DNA from: Azolla caroliniana
Lineage: Eukaryota > Plantae > Polypodiophyta
DNA: 64,000 nt
Assembly: GCA_043228905.1 (NCBI GenBank)
Contig: JBHGNT010000015.1
Location: 8,246,001-8,310,000 of the forward strand
Reading direction: 5' to 3'
Numbering within the stretch: the stretch's first letter is position 1; each line of letters begins with the position of its first letter. Below are positions 1-10,110 of the stretch, piece after piece. The notes under the pieces were generated by a model. The model was not told where the DNA came from. It ran no database searches and saw only the letters and a program-made list of their open reading frames with translations. A program made the translations under genes and the position numbers.

Positions 1-164
1 GGCCCTCACAACGGTACGAGACCCGATTCGGGCAACGACGGAACGATGCCGGTGGGTCCGGCTCGCAAGATAACCCCAGGAAGGGCGTATACCGACAGGG
101 GACGGAAATAGAAAGGACTACGGACCTACGAAAGGTCCTAGAAGAACGGATCCTCGACAACAAA

Positions 165-812
165 GTGGAGCTGTCATTATGGGAGGTGCTAGGGATCGCC
201 AAGAAGGAGTTCCACGACTCCATTGTGGACCTGGTGAAACGGAAGAGGCTGTTGACGGAGACGGAACCGGAAAGACCGGTGGAGGTGCGGACGACACACA
301 TCGACGACATGGCGATAGAAGACGAGTGGGTGGAGAGCCACTATTCGAGGCTACACTGGGCCCGAGCGACCACGGAGACCCCGGTAAAGATCGGAGATGT
401 TCAGGAACCGGTGGTGGCGTTGGTGGACCACGGTTCGGAAATAAACCTAATGTCCATGGACTTCTATAAGAAGGGAAAGTGGCCGATCAACACCAAGCAC
501 GGGTGGAAGATACGGGCGGCGACGCGCGCCACCGAGGAATTGCACGGGGCCTGCCCGAATGTGCGAGTAAAGATCGGCGACGTCGAGATTGACCAGCACT
601 TCTTCGTACAGGAGACGTCCTCGCACCCGGTCATATTAGGGGAACCATACATCACGACGGCGAGAATGGAGACCAAAGTGCTAGACAACGATTCGGCCTA
701 CGCGAGGGTCAAAAGCCAGGACGGGCGCCATTCGGTCCAATTTCTGACGGTGCGGCCAAACCACGAGCGAAACCGCGAATCCCTCGGTGGCGAGAACCGG
801 GAGGATTTTTAG
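165..812 (+). CDS. Aspartic protease region (end of gag-pro ORF) of Gypsy D
   Basis: ALVDHGSEINLM active-site-like motif and VILGEPY motif; the frame ends at GAT TTT TAG (810-812). Confidence 0.8.
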   Translation: MELSLWEVLGIAKKEFHDSIVDLVKRKRLLTETEPERPVEVRTTHIDDMAIEDEWVESHYSRLHWARATTETPVKIGDVQEPVVALVDHGSEINLMSMDFYKKGKWPINTKHGWKIRAATRATEELHGACPNVRVKIGDVEIDQHFFVQETSSHPVILGEPYITTARMETKVLDNDSAYARVKSQDGRHSVQFLTVRPNHERNRESLGGENREDF

Positions 813-3800
813 AGAGGGCTGCCAAGGCGTGGGGCCGGGACAGTCCGGACACTCGGGAAAGACCCCACAACTGTACGATAGAACCGAAACCGAAGGAGCC
901 CTGTACGATAGGTAGGAGATTTTGCTTCTCCGACAACGGAGGGTGTATGATAGTCGGCATCAGTGGCCGAGAAAAGACAAGGGCGGAAGTGCGACTTCGA
1001 GCGTGCGGAGTTCTCGGCCCGGACGAGGAAATCAGCGGGGCCGTGGAGGCGGTCTCCTTCGACGACACCTTGGGGATGCTGAGGAAGGTTGCCGGAGAAG
1101 ACCTTAACGAAGACCGGACGATACCGGTATGTTCCGAAGAGATGTACGAAGCCATCGCGGACTTCAGTCAAGGGCTTGAGTCGGATAGGATGGCCCGAGT
1201 TAGCACGAAGTACAAGACTGTGGACCGGAAGGTAAGGCCAGTCGCGGCACCCTTACCGGAGGGCAGCGAGTCCCGAATCAGAGGGGTTGCGTCGGACCCC
1301 AGTTTACGAGATCCGGCCTGCATAGGACACACCTTCACCGACGGAACGCTCCGAGAGCTCAAAATCGGTGGGGGCGGGTTCCTACTGCCGGCGGAGGAAG
1401 ACCGGTTTCAGAGAATGCTCGGAAGGCACGGGAAAGCCTTCGCATTCTCACCGGAAGAGATCGGCGTGGAGCCGATGGTGATATTCACGGTACCGCATGT
1501 ACCGTGGAATCTCAAGCCGATTCCAGTACCGAGAGCTCACATCCTGAAGTTGATGGAGCTATTGAGGCAGAAAGTCGATATGGGTATTCTCGAACCGTCG
1601 AGCGCGCCATACTCGAACCGATGGTTTACCGTACCAAAGAAAAACGGAACATTGCGCTTCATTCAGGACCTGCAGCCGGTCAACAGAGTGACCATCCGGA
1701 ACGCAGGAATCGGACCGACCATAGACGAGTTCGCGGAGGCCTTCGCTGGAAGGTCGATTTACTCGGTCGGTGATCTATACTCGGGGTACGACCAGTTCCA
1801 GCTAGCCGTGGAGAGCAGAGACATTACGACGATGCGAACTCCCCTCGGCCTAGTGCGAATGTGTACCCTGCCACAAGGAGGGACCAACTCGGTGGCCCAC
1901 ATGGTGAATGCAATGAACAAAGTACTGAGGGATTGCATCCCAGACATCACCATGCCGTTTCTAGACGACATCCCTATCAAGGGGTGCCCAGTGGAAGAGA
2001 AGGACGAGACACTCGGGCCGGACGGATGTCGGCGATTCGTGGCAACACACATCGACGACTGCGAGAAGGTGCTGCAAAGGCTAGAGGATGCGAGGCTCAC
2101 CTTCTCCGGGGAGAAATCGGCCTTCGGGCAATCAGAAATCCTGGTGGTCGGGCACCTATGTGGACCATATGGCTGGAAGCCGTCTCCGGCAAAGGTAGAA
2201 GCCATCTCCGCGATGAAGACCGACTGTAGCTCGGTTACGGAAGTTCGGAGGTTCCTGGGGACATGCGCGTTCTACCACATATGGATCCCGCATTACACCC
2301 ACGTTGCGGAGCCACTATGCGGGTTGCTGAAGAAGGGGCGAAGATTCGAGTGGCGAGACGAGCACACGGAGTCAGTCCGGAAGCTGAAGGAAGCTCTTGC
2401 GGCAGCACCGGCGCTCCGGAAGGCTGTCTACGAGAAGGGTACCCCGGTATACATAACGGTGGATACGAGCCCGACCGGGATCGGATGGGTCGTCAACCAA
2501 GAAGACGGGGACGGCACCCGGTTCCCGATCCGATTCGGCGCTAAGGTCCTCAGTGAGCGATAGCGAGGGTACGCCCAGGTTAAACGCGAACTCTGGGGTA
2601 TCGTTTCGGCAGTAAAGGCCGACAAAGACTACCTGATCGGGACGGAAGTGATTATCGAGACGGATTGCCTGCCAATTCTCGGCATGGTTTCCGGATGCGC
2701 GACACCGGACCTGGCGATGCTCAGGTGGATAGCGTACATCAAGTCCCTGGACCCGGAAATACGACACATTTCCGGAAAAGACATGCTTTCGAGGGCGAGG
2801 TTTGATGACGAGGGCGGCATGGTTTCGGAGGACGAAGAAGTCGGCGTGGACTTCTTCGAGGCGGCGTACGTGACGACCGATGGGGCGAGCACTCCGGCAC
2901 TTAACGGCTTCGACGAGAGCAAGTACGACGGCGAGTGGCTGCAGATCGGTGGGTTTCTGAGGACAATGACGCCAGATGCGTCATGGACGAAGGACGAGGC
3001 CAACCGGATCCGGAAGAAAGCTTACCGATTCTTTCTCCGGGACGAATACTTATGGAAGCACCCGAAGAAGAGGAACGGCGTCCCGCTCCGGGTGGTGGCG
3101 ATGAAGGAAGAACAGGAGGAGCTGCTGACGACCTACCACGACAACCCTTGGGCTGGACACCGTGGAACGTGGGCCACGTTCGAGAAGATAAAGGGGAAGT
3201 ACTGGTGGCCAGGACTATACCGGGACGTGCATCGGTTCGTGACAACTTGCGAGAGCTGTCAGATGCACTCCGTAGTCCGACACCAGGACGAGCTTCAGCC
3301 TACGTACCCTCCGACCATCCACTTCAAATGGATGGTAGACCTGGTGACGATGCCGATGGGAGTAGGACAGATGCGGTATCTGGTCCTGGCTCGGGAAGAT
3401 CTGACGAACCAGGTGGAAGGACGAGCCCTTCAGAACAAAACGACTGCAGTCGTATGTCGGTTCCTGATCGAGGACGTGATATGCCGGTACGGGTGCGTCG
3501 GGAAGATCGTGGCTGATCGCGGGGAGTTGGACGGCGAAGAGGCCGAGGAGCTGTTCGACCGGCTAGGAGTTAAGCTCTCGCTTACCATTGCGTATAATCC
3601 GGAGGCGAATGGGAAGGTGGAGCGCAGACACGGACCGATCGTCAAGGCGTTAGTTCGGGCATGCGGAGGTCAAGTCGGGAACTGGTCGCGGCTGCTGCCT
3701 TACGCGTTGTGGGCGGACCGAACTACGCACAGTTCGGTAACCGGATTCATGCCGGCAGAGCTCATGTTTGGGCAAAAGCCGATCATGCCGATGGAACGTA

Positions 3801-4273
3801 CGATCTCCTCATGGGCAACCGTGGACTGGAGAGACGAGATGAGCCAGGAGGAACTGTTGACAGCGCGCATACGACAGCTCGAGCGAAGACCGGAGGACGT
3901 GGAGCATGTTGCGGAAAAGCTTCGGGTGGCCAGGACGAGGAACAAAGCCCGGTTCGACCGGACGCACCGGCTCCGACCGAAGAAGATCGAGGAAGGCGAC
4001 TGGGTGCTAGTCTACGACAGCAGCCTCGACAACCAGCACCGAGCGACACGGAAGTTCGCAAGAAGGTGGTTCGGGCCTTACGTGGTACAAAGCGCCAACG
4101 ACAACGGGACGTACCATCTAGCGAAACTCGACGGCACAAGAATGGCGATACCGGTAGCTGGGAAGCGGATCAAAGCGTTCAAGAAGCGTCACGACGACGA
4201 GCCGGATCCGGATAACCTGGACCGCGACGACGAACGATCCGAAACCGAAGAAGAACCGACGGGCGGGGAATAA
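803..4273 (+). pseudogene. pol (RT-RNase H-integrase) of Gypsy D; one in-frame TAG at 2561-2563
   Basis: Motifs LPQGGTNS, FLDDIPIKG, ITVDTS, ETDC; zinc-binding H..H..CESC; integrase WMVDL, ADRGE, NGKVER; WFGPY. ORFs 947-2563 and 2648-4273 share a frame that is open back to 803. Confidence 0.9.
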
Positions 4274-4329
4274 AGGCTGGACCGGTTTTCTCCGTCCCAA
4301 CTCAATTTGGCGCATGCCGGTGGATGCGC

Positions 4330-4346
4330 GGTTAGGTGGGGGTGGA
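4330..4346 (+). other. Polypurine tract of Gypsy D
   Basis: ggttaggtgggggtgga lies immediately before the LTR start TGTCGTG; the same motif precedes the LTR of C at 21675. Confidence 0.75.
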
Positions 4347-4968
4347 TGTCGTGAAGAAAACCGTCCACAAGCGGAATCGGTGCGTCGGAGCATAGGAACC
4401 GGCTCTTCATACACGTACGCCTTATGTTGTACATAGGAGATCCTAGGCAAGCAGATTCGGTAGGTAGGAAGTAAAGGGGAAACGGCTCCTTCCTTGCCTA
4501 TAAAAGGAGGGAGACGAGGAGGGGCGAGGGGATCGCGGAGAGTCGAGGACGAAGTGCTGTCGGTTTGTGTGCGAAGGCTTCTCTCTCTCTCTGGTTCGCA
4601 AACTCCATAGCTTCCTTCTGTGCAGGTTTCGGGAGGCTCGCGCTGCTCTGAGGAATGCCCGAGTGCTTCCGGCAGCACCTCCAACCTACTCCTTCCTTTC
4701 TGTGCGTTTACGAACAGGTATCGGCATCTGTTCGCCGACCTGTTCGGTTGTAACCGACTTCGTGTTTTGTTGTCTGTCTTTGTTAATACATACATACATT
4801 CGTGTCTCTCTATGTCGTTGTCCCACTCGCGTCTTTGTGTCGAAGGGCCATGTCCCTGTGAATCTACTCTCGCACGTAGTGGGTCTCTTCTCCTTTCTCT
4901 CTTGCTCTTCGGTACAGGACCCCCGAGGTCCCGCCTCATTCCACGCATCCGCGAGGAATACCTCGACA
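4347..4968 (+). repeat. 3' LTR of Gypsy D
   Basis: TGTCG/CGACA inverted termini; TATA-like cctataaaagg at about 4497; homologous to 21675 onward. Confidence 0.85.
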
Positions 4969-7170
4969 CAGGCACCAAATGCGTTCGTATAAGAATTTCG
5001 TCGTTGACACCGCGGTGTTGTCTCGTAGGGCTTTCGCTTCCACCCACTTAGTGCAGTAATCTGTCGCGGCGATCACGTACCGGTTGCCGGTTCTCATTGT
5101 CGGTGGTTTAAATGGCCCGACGAAATCCAACCCCCATTTCTGGAATGGTTCTAGTGGTAGGACTGGCTGGTGTGGCATCAGAGCTTGTTCCGTTGGCTAA
5201 CCCATTCGTTGGCAAAGATCACACTCCTTCGCATACCGAATTGCATCCTTCAATGTGGTCGGCCACCATAGGCCACTTTGCCATACTTTCCTTGCCGTCG
5301 TATCTCCGGCATAATGGCCTCCGACGAATCCGCAGTGTTCCTCTCGTAGTATTACCTCCTTCTCGTCGCTGCGCACCGCTCGTCGCCAGATACCGTTCGC
5401 GCCTTTGTGGTATAGCGTGTCTTGTAATAAACAGAAGTGTCGGCTTTGTACCGCCAGGCGTTTTCTCTCATCCCGGTTCATCTCCTCCGGAGGCAATACG
5501 GTACTCAAAAACTGGTGCATATTAGTTAGCCACTTATCTTCTTGTGCCACCGTTTCATCTGTTGCCGTTTCCGTGGTGACTCGAAAAAGCTTTGCATCCG
5601 GAAACTCGTCCAGTACTCCGTCACTTGTCTCCCTGGAATCTAACCGACTTAGATAATCCGCTATCGCATGTTGTATACCGGGTCGGTGGAATATCTCGAA
5701 TTCGAACTCTTGCAACAACAAAGTCCACCGGGCAAACTTACCGGTAAGTGACGCTTTGGATACTAGGTAAAGGAGTGCCGAATGATCTACATGGAAGGAG
5801 AACTTTCTTCCCAATAAATAATGCCTGAATTTTGTTACACTGTAGATCATTCCTAAAGCTTCCCTTTCCGTGGTAGAATAATTTCGTTCCGCTTGGGATA
5901 CCTTCCGGCTGGCATAGTACATTGGCCGGTACCACCTTGGCTCGGTAAGCTGCATGAGCACGCTGCCGATTGCGATGTCGGAAGCGTCCACGAACACATG
6001 AAACTCTTTACTCCAATCCAGAGGCTGCACTACCGGTGCTTGTGACAATAACAACTTTAGTGCCCGGTACACCTTGTCTTCGATGTCGGTCCATTGGAAC
6101 GGTGTTCGGTGTACTACCGCATGCAGAGGTGTAGCTAGGTCTGCCAAATATCGGAGCATACGGCTATGCCAACGAATTTATCCTAGGAAACGGCTCAATG
6201 CCTTTGTCATTGCCGGTGCCGGTGCTTCCCAGATTGCTTTCACATTGTCCGGATCTATAGCAATGCCTTCCTTGCTCACTATATGCCCTAGTAGCCTTCT
6301 GCGGGACACTCCAAATACACACTTCGTCGGGTTCAGGCTTAGCCAGTACGCCCTACACTTCTCTAGACATAGTCTGAGATGCTGCAAATGATCTTCTTCT
6401 CTGTTATAGACGGCGAAGTCGTCAAGGAACACCTACATAAAAGCCGGTATGTATTCGCCAAAGATCTCCATGATGATCCGTAGGAATGTTGTTGGTGCCG
6501 TTTTGAGCCCGAACATCATCACCACCGCAACAAACACTCCCCATTTGGTGACGAAAGCCGTTTTCTCTTGATCCTCAGGGTGGATCCGGATCTGATTATA
6601 CCCATTGAATCCATCTAAGAAACTGTAGACTTCATTGCCGGCGACGGCATCCAACACTCCATCCGTAAACGAAAGTGGAAATGCATCTGTTACCGTTGCC
6701 GCATTCAGCTTCAGGTAGTCGACACAAACTCTAATTTTGCCGTTCTTTTTCGGTACGATTACGATTGGGCTCAGCCATGTAGATTTCTTTACGGGATGGA
6801 TGAAACCGACCCTCAGTAATTTGTTGATCTCCTCCGTAACTTTGGCGGCGTAGTTTGGGTTCATCCGGTACCGACGTTGTGCTACCGGCTCGATACAACT
6901 AAGGGTCCAGGCCTCTCATATCCTCGTACGACTAGGCAAAGACGTCGCGAAACTCGTTGAGGAGTGTAATTATCGCCGTTTTGTTCTCTACATTCCTTTC
7001 TTTGGCGATGTGCACCGGTTTTGCCTCCTTCGTCGTTCCTAGATTTACCTCTTCTAATTGGGACGTTTTTACGCGTTGGGATACGGCCATTTCCCTTTCC
7101 AACACCTCCTGCGCATGCCGTAACTCCCGGATTGCTTCTTTATCCGGTTCCGCTTCGGTTCCGTCCGGTT
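4969..7170 (-). pseudogene. RT-RNase H-integrase N-terminus of element B (disrupted)
   Basis: ORFs 6433-6864 (RT: VCVDY.KLN, SFLDG), 6178-6432 (FLDDF), 5197-6159 (VDASD, EREAL, DHSAL) and 4969-5178 (KWGLDFVGP). Confidence 0.88.
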
Positions 7171-7175
7171 GCAGT

Positions 7176-7610
7176 TGTTAACTCTTAGGGCCGGACAATG
7201 GCCTAACACAGGGTGTCTATGGAAGACACTTCACCAAAGGGTGTTACGGCAACCGGATTAGACTCAACGCTTACTCCAACTTAATTAAGTTACTAAGCAT
7301 GATCGTCTTTCATAATCACACGCGTAAGATATAACAATTAAGACAGAACGGCAATTAACACAGAGAGATAACAACGCTAAGCTTTCATTAATTAACCGCT
7401 ATTGATTACATTGTATCCGGGCCTTTAAATAGGTTTCCGGTCTGTATTACAAAACGGTGTCATCCGCACCTGTTCGGGATCGGTCCGGATCCGGAACGGC
7501 ATACCGATTCTGGTCCGTCCGTCCACACTCATAGCTTAATTACAACCACATTCCTATTACTTAAATAACTCTCTGTTTCCCACTCTGGACTCCTTTGCCG
7601 GCCGGTAACA
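7176..7610 (-). repeat. 3' LTR of element A
   Basis: Direct repeat of 15686-16120 with 9 differences counted by eye, all transitions; TATA-like cctatttaaagg on the minus strand. Confidence 0.95.
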
Positions 7611-7612
7611 CA

Positions 7613-7659
7613 TGGCACGCCCGTGGGACAGTACCTTGTACGTCGAATCCACAACCGAC
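7613..7659 (+). other. Antisense PBS-like, tRNA-Arg-complementary tract at the PPT position of A
   Basis: TGGCACGCCCGTGGGAC starts 2 nt from the LTR, followed after 13 nt by TCGAATCCACAA. No purine run on the element's sense strand. Confidence 0.7.
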
Positions 7660-7664
7660 CCTTG

Positions 7665-10110
7665 CTATTCTTCGTCCAAAATATCCAGAATGCTTTGTTC
7701 AAGGGGCTCCAATGGTTCATCTGGAAGGGGTTGTTGTTGTTGCTGTTGTTGTTGCTCTGTTGATGTCTGCTGCGACGGGTCCGTTGATGGTTGCTGCGGC
7801 TACTCCTCCGTTTGTTGCCCTGACACCGGCGTCTCCGTCGTTGCTCCCTTCATCGTAGTGGTCTCCGGTTGACTGGTTCCCGGTTGGCCCTCAGCCGGCG
7901 ACGGTTCCTCATCACTAAGGTTAACCGTTGCCGCTTCCCGTGCTTTTTCTTCCCGAACCTGAGACCGCTCGTAGCTTTCAAACTGGATTTGAGCGTCCAG
8001 CCTATCATCGTCTAGCTGAGCTACGAGCTACCTGACCTGCGCCAGTTGTTCATCCGCCAGGACTTGGAAGTCGTCGACCAGCTCGTCCCGTATGGCGGTG
8101 AAGTCCTCGGAAGTCAACGTATAACAATCATCTCCTTCCTTCCGCCGGTTTGCCAGATCTGCCCGTAGCAACTGGAGTTCCGCCGCGTTTTGTGCCCACT
8201 TTGTCCACCATTTTACGGAGCTTTCATCAATCAAGTGTTTTGTCTGATTCAGCCATGCCCGGAGGATGGACTGAATCCGACTCGTTCCCAATTGCGATTT
8301 GGTTTCTGCCGCTTGCCGTTCCTCCTTCAGTTGCTTGATGATTTTGACGTTGTCTTCCGCCTGCGCCTTGTAATGCGTCAATTTCCTTTGATATGTACTT
8401 TGTAATTTCTACAATACTGTTGACGCTCTCTCTTTATCTTCCTGCTGCTGCCTCTGGAGCTCCATCCGAACCTTCTCCGCCTCGTCCAAGCGTCTTGTAT
8501 TTTCCGCACGTTCGTCGGCGATCGCCGTCGCGGACCGAGCAACTTCCTGCTGGAGCTCGGCCATCCGTTCCTTATGCTCCGTTTCCAGCCGTTTGTAGTC
8601 CCAGTGCAGGTGCTCAAAATCATCTGTCTTTTGCTTGAGTCGTGCGTTGATCTGTCGACGGGCCCGGTTCTCACGGTCCTTCTGCTGGCAGAGCTCTTCC
8701 TTTAGCCGTTCAATCTCTGTTTCCGCCATTTTCCGCAGCTTGTCCTTTTCCTACAACACTTTGTCTTTCTCCTCCTTTAGCCGGTCGTACGCTTGATGGC
8801 CTTTCCGGAGGCTCTCCTCTGCCCGGCGGAGGTTCTCAGCAGTCTTCTTTAATTCGGCTTCGGCCGCTGTCTTCAATTCCCGTTCGCGGCTCCTTAGCGC
8901 TTCTTGTGCGGCAAGTTCATCTCTCAATTCCGCAAGCTCCTGGTCTTGCGCCGCATCTCTCGCCGGAACGGTTTCCGTTGCCGGGGTCTTATTGCTATGT
9001 ACAGGTCGATCCGTTTCTTTATTCTGTACACTTACCGGAGTCACTGGTGATTGGATCTGTGTTGCCGTTAAGGCCATTTTGGCCATCTCTGTCGTTACCT
9101 GATCCAAGTCTTTTTCAAGGCACCGGATTCTGGACCGGGCCGTCTCTAGTTGTTCGGTTGTGACGAGCAACCGTTCGCTTTGCGCTCTTTCTTCCGCCTC
9201 AATGTACCCCACTCCTCCGGCTATCTGTTCGCCTATCCACCGGAGCCAAAGGCTACCGGTGCCTTGTTGTGCTTGCACGGAGGTTTGACAGATGGGCTCA
9301 CTTGTAGATGGGTGGTCCCGCCTGATTACGCCGAGTTGCAGTTCCGTTTATGCCCGTGGACCACCCTGCTGTTATGGTTCCCCTTGCGCTTCTTCTTGGC
9401 TGGCCGAGGGAGGCTGCATTGACCTTTCCAGCTCTGGCGGGATGGGACTTGCCGGAGTTGCCGGTGGTGTCGGGGCTTCTGATTCCGGTGCCATGCGCAC
9501 CGGTTCCGGTTCCTTCCTTGGCATGGGAGTCTTAGTATGGGGAGCCGGTGTTCCCTCCGTTTGAGGGTCCGAACGTTTCCCGGCTGCCTCAACGGTCCTT
9601 GCCGACGACTGTCGCTGGAGGTGCTCCGTAGGCTCCTCCTCTATTTCCTCTTCCTGAGCCCCGGCATTGAGTTTTGCCGCCAAGGGGTCCGCTTCTTTAT
9701 TCACCGGTCGGCGGAGTGTAACCTTTACGGGTCGTGCCGGTGGTTCCTCCTGCGCCTCCGTTGGGCGATTCCGGTTGCCGCTTCCGGTTGCCGCCTGTTC
9801 TGCATCCGCCGCCTTACCCTTACTGGCCTTAGAGGCCAACAGCTGTTGTCGTTTGGAAGCCATTGGGGTGTCGTCCGCCACTCTTCCTCGCTTCTTGGGT
9901 TGGACGGGTGGCACAAGCAAGGTGAGCCACTGCGTTACGGCGTGCCATATCCTCCGTCCGTCTCGGCCTTCTTTGCCGTCTTTGCCTCTGACGATCTCGA
10001 TCGCCGCACACAACCCGTCTGCGATCAATACCGGCCAATCCACCTTGATCCCTTCATAGGTGGCGATGATCATCCCTGCCCGGTTCGTTAGTCCTCTCGG
10101 ACCCTTATCG
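7665..10110 (-). pseudogene. Extra 3' ORF of A: short hydrophobic segment, low-complexity linker, long coiled coil, poly-Q and acidic tail; interrupted by in-frame stops
   Basis: ORFs 9372-10601, 8751-9278, 8409-8729 and 8028-8381 are in one frame, which continues to ...QSILDILDEE* at 7665. Confidence 0.75.

Larger units (their letters stand above)
1..4968 (+). mobile_element. Ty3/Gypsy LTR retrotransposon D (5' end outside window), inserted into the integrase of element B
   Basis: Domain order is protease, RT, RNase H, integrase. A G-rich PPT precedes a 3' LTR running TGTCG...CGACA. Integrase sequence of B resumes at 4969. Confidence 0.92.

Noticed and set aside
2561-2563. Stop-codon readthrough signal within pol
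   Set aside because: The stop is mid-RNase H and best explained by CAG>TAG deamination. C has a TAG at the equivalent codon (about 19887), so it is worth rechecking against a family consensus.
4118-5047. 309-aa minus-strand ORF and many similar overlapping ORFs
   Set aside because: Shadow frames of GC-rich retroelement sequence that cross element junctions and show no recognisable motifs.
7611-7680. Stand-alone tRNA gene or SINE
   Set aside because: Only the 3' half is similar; no D arm, anticodon arm or A box is recognisable, and it sits exactly at the LTR boundary.
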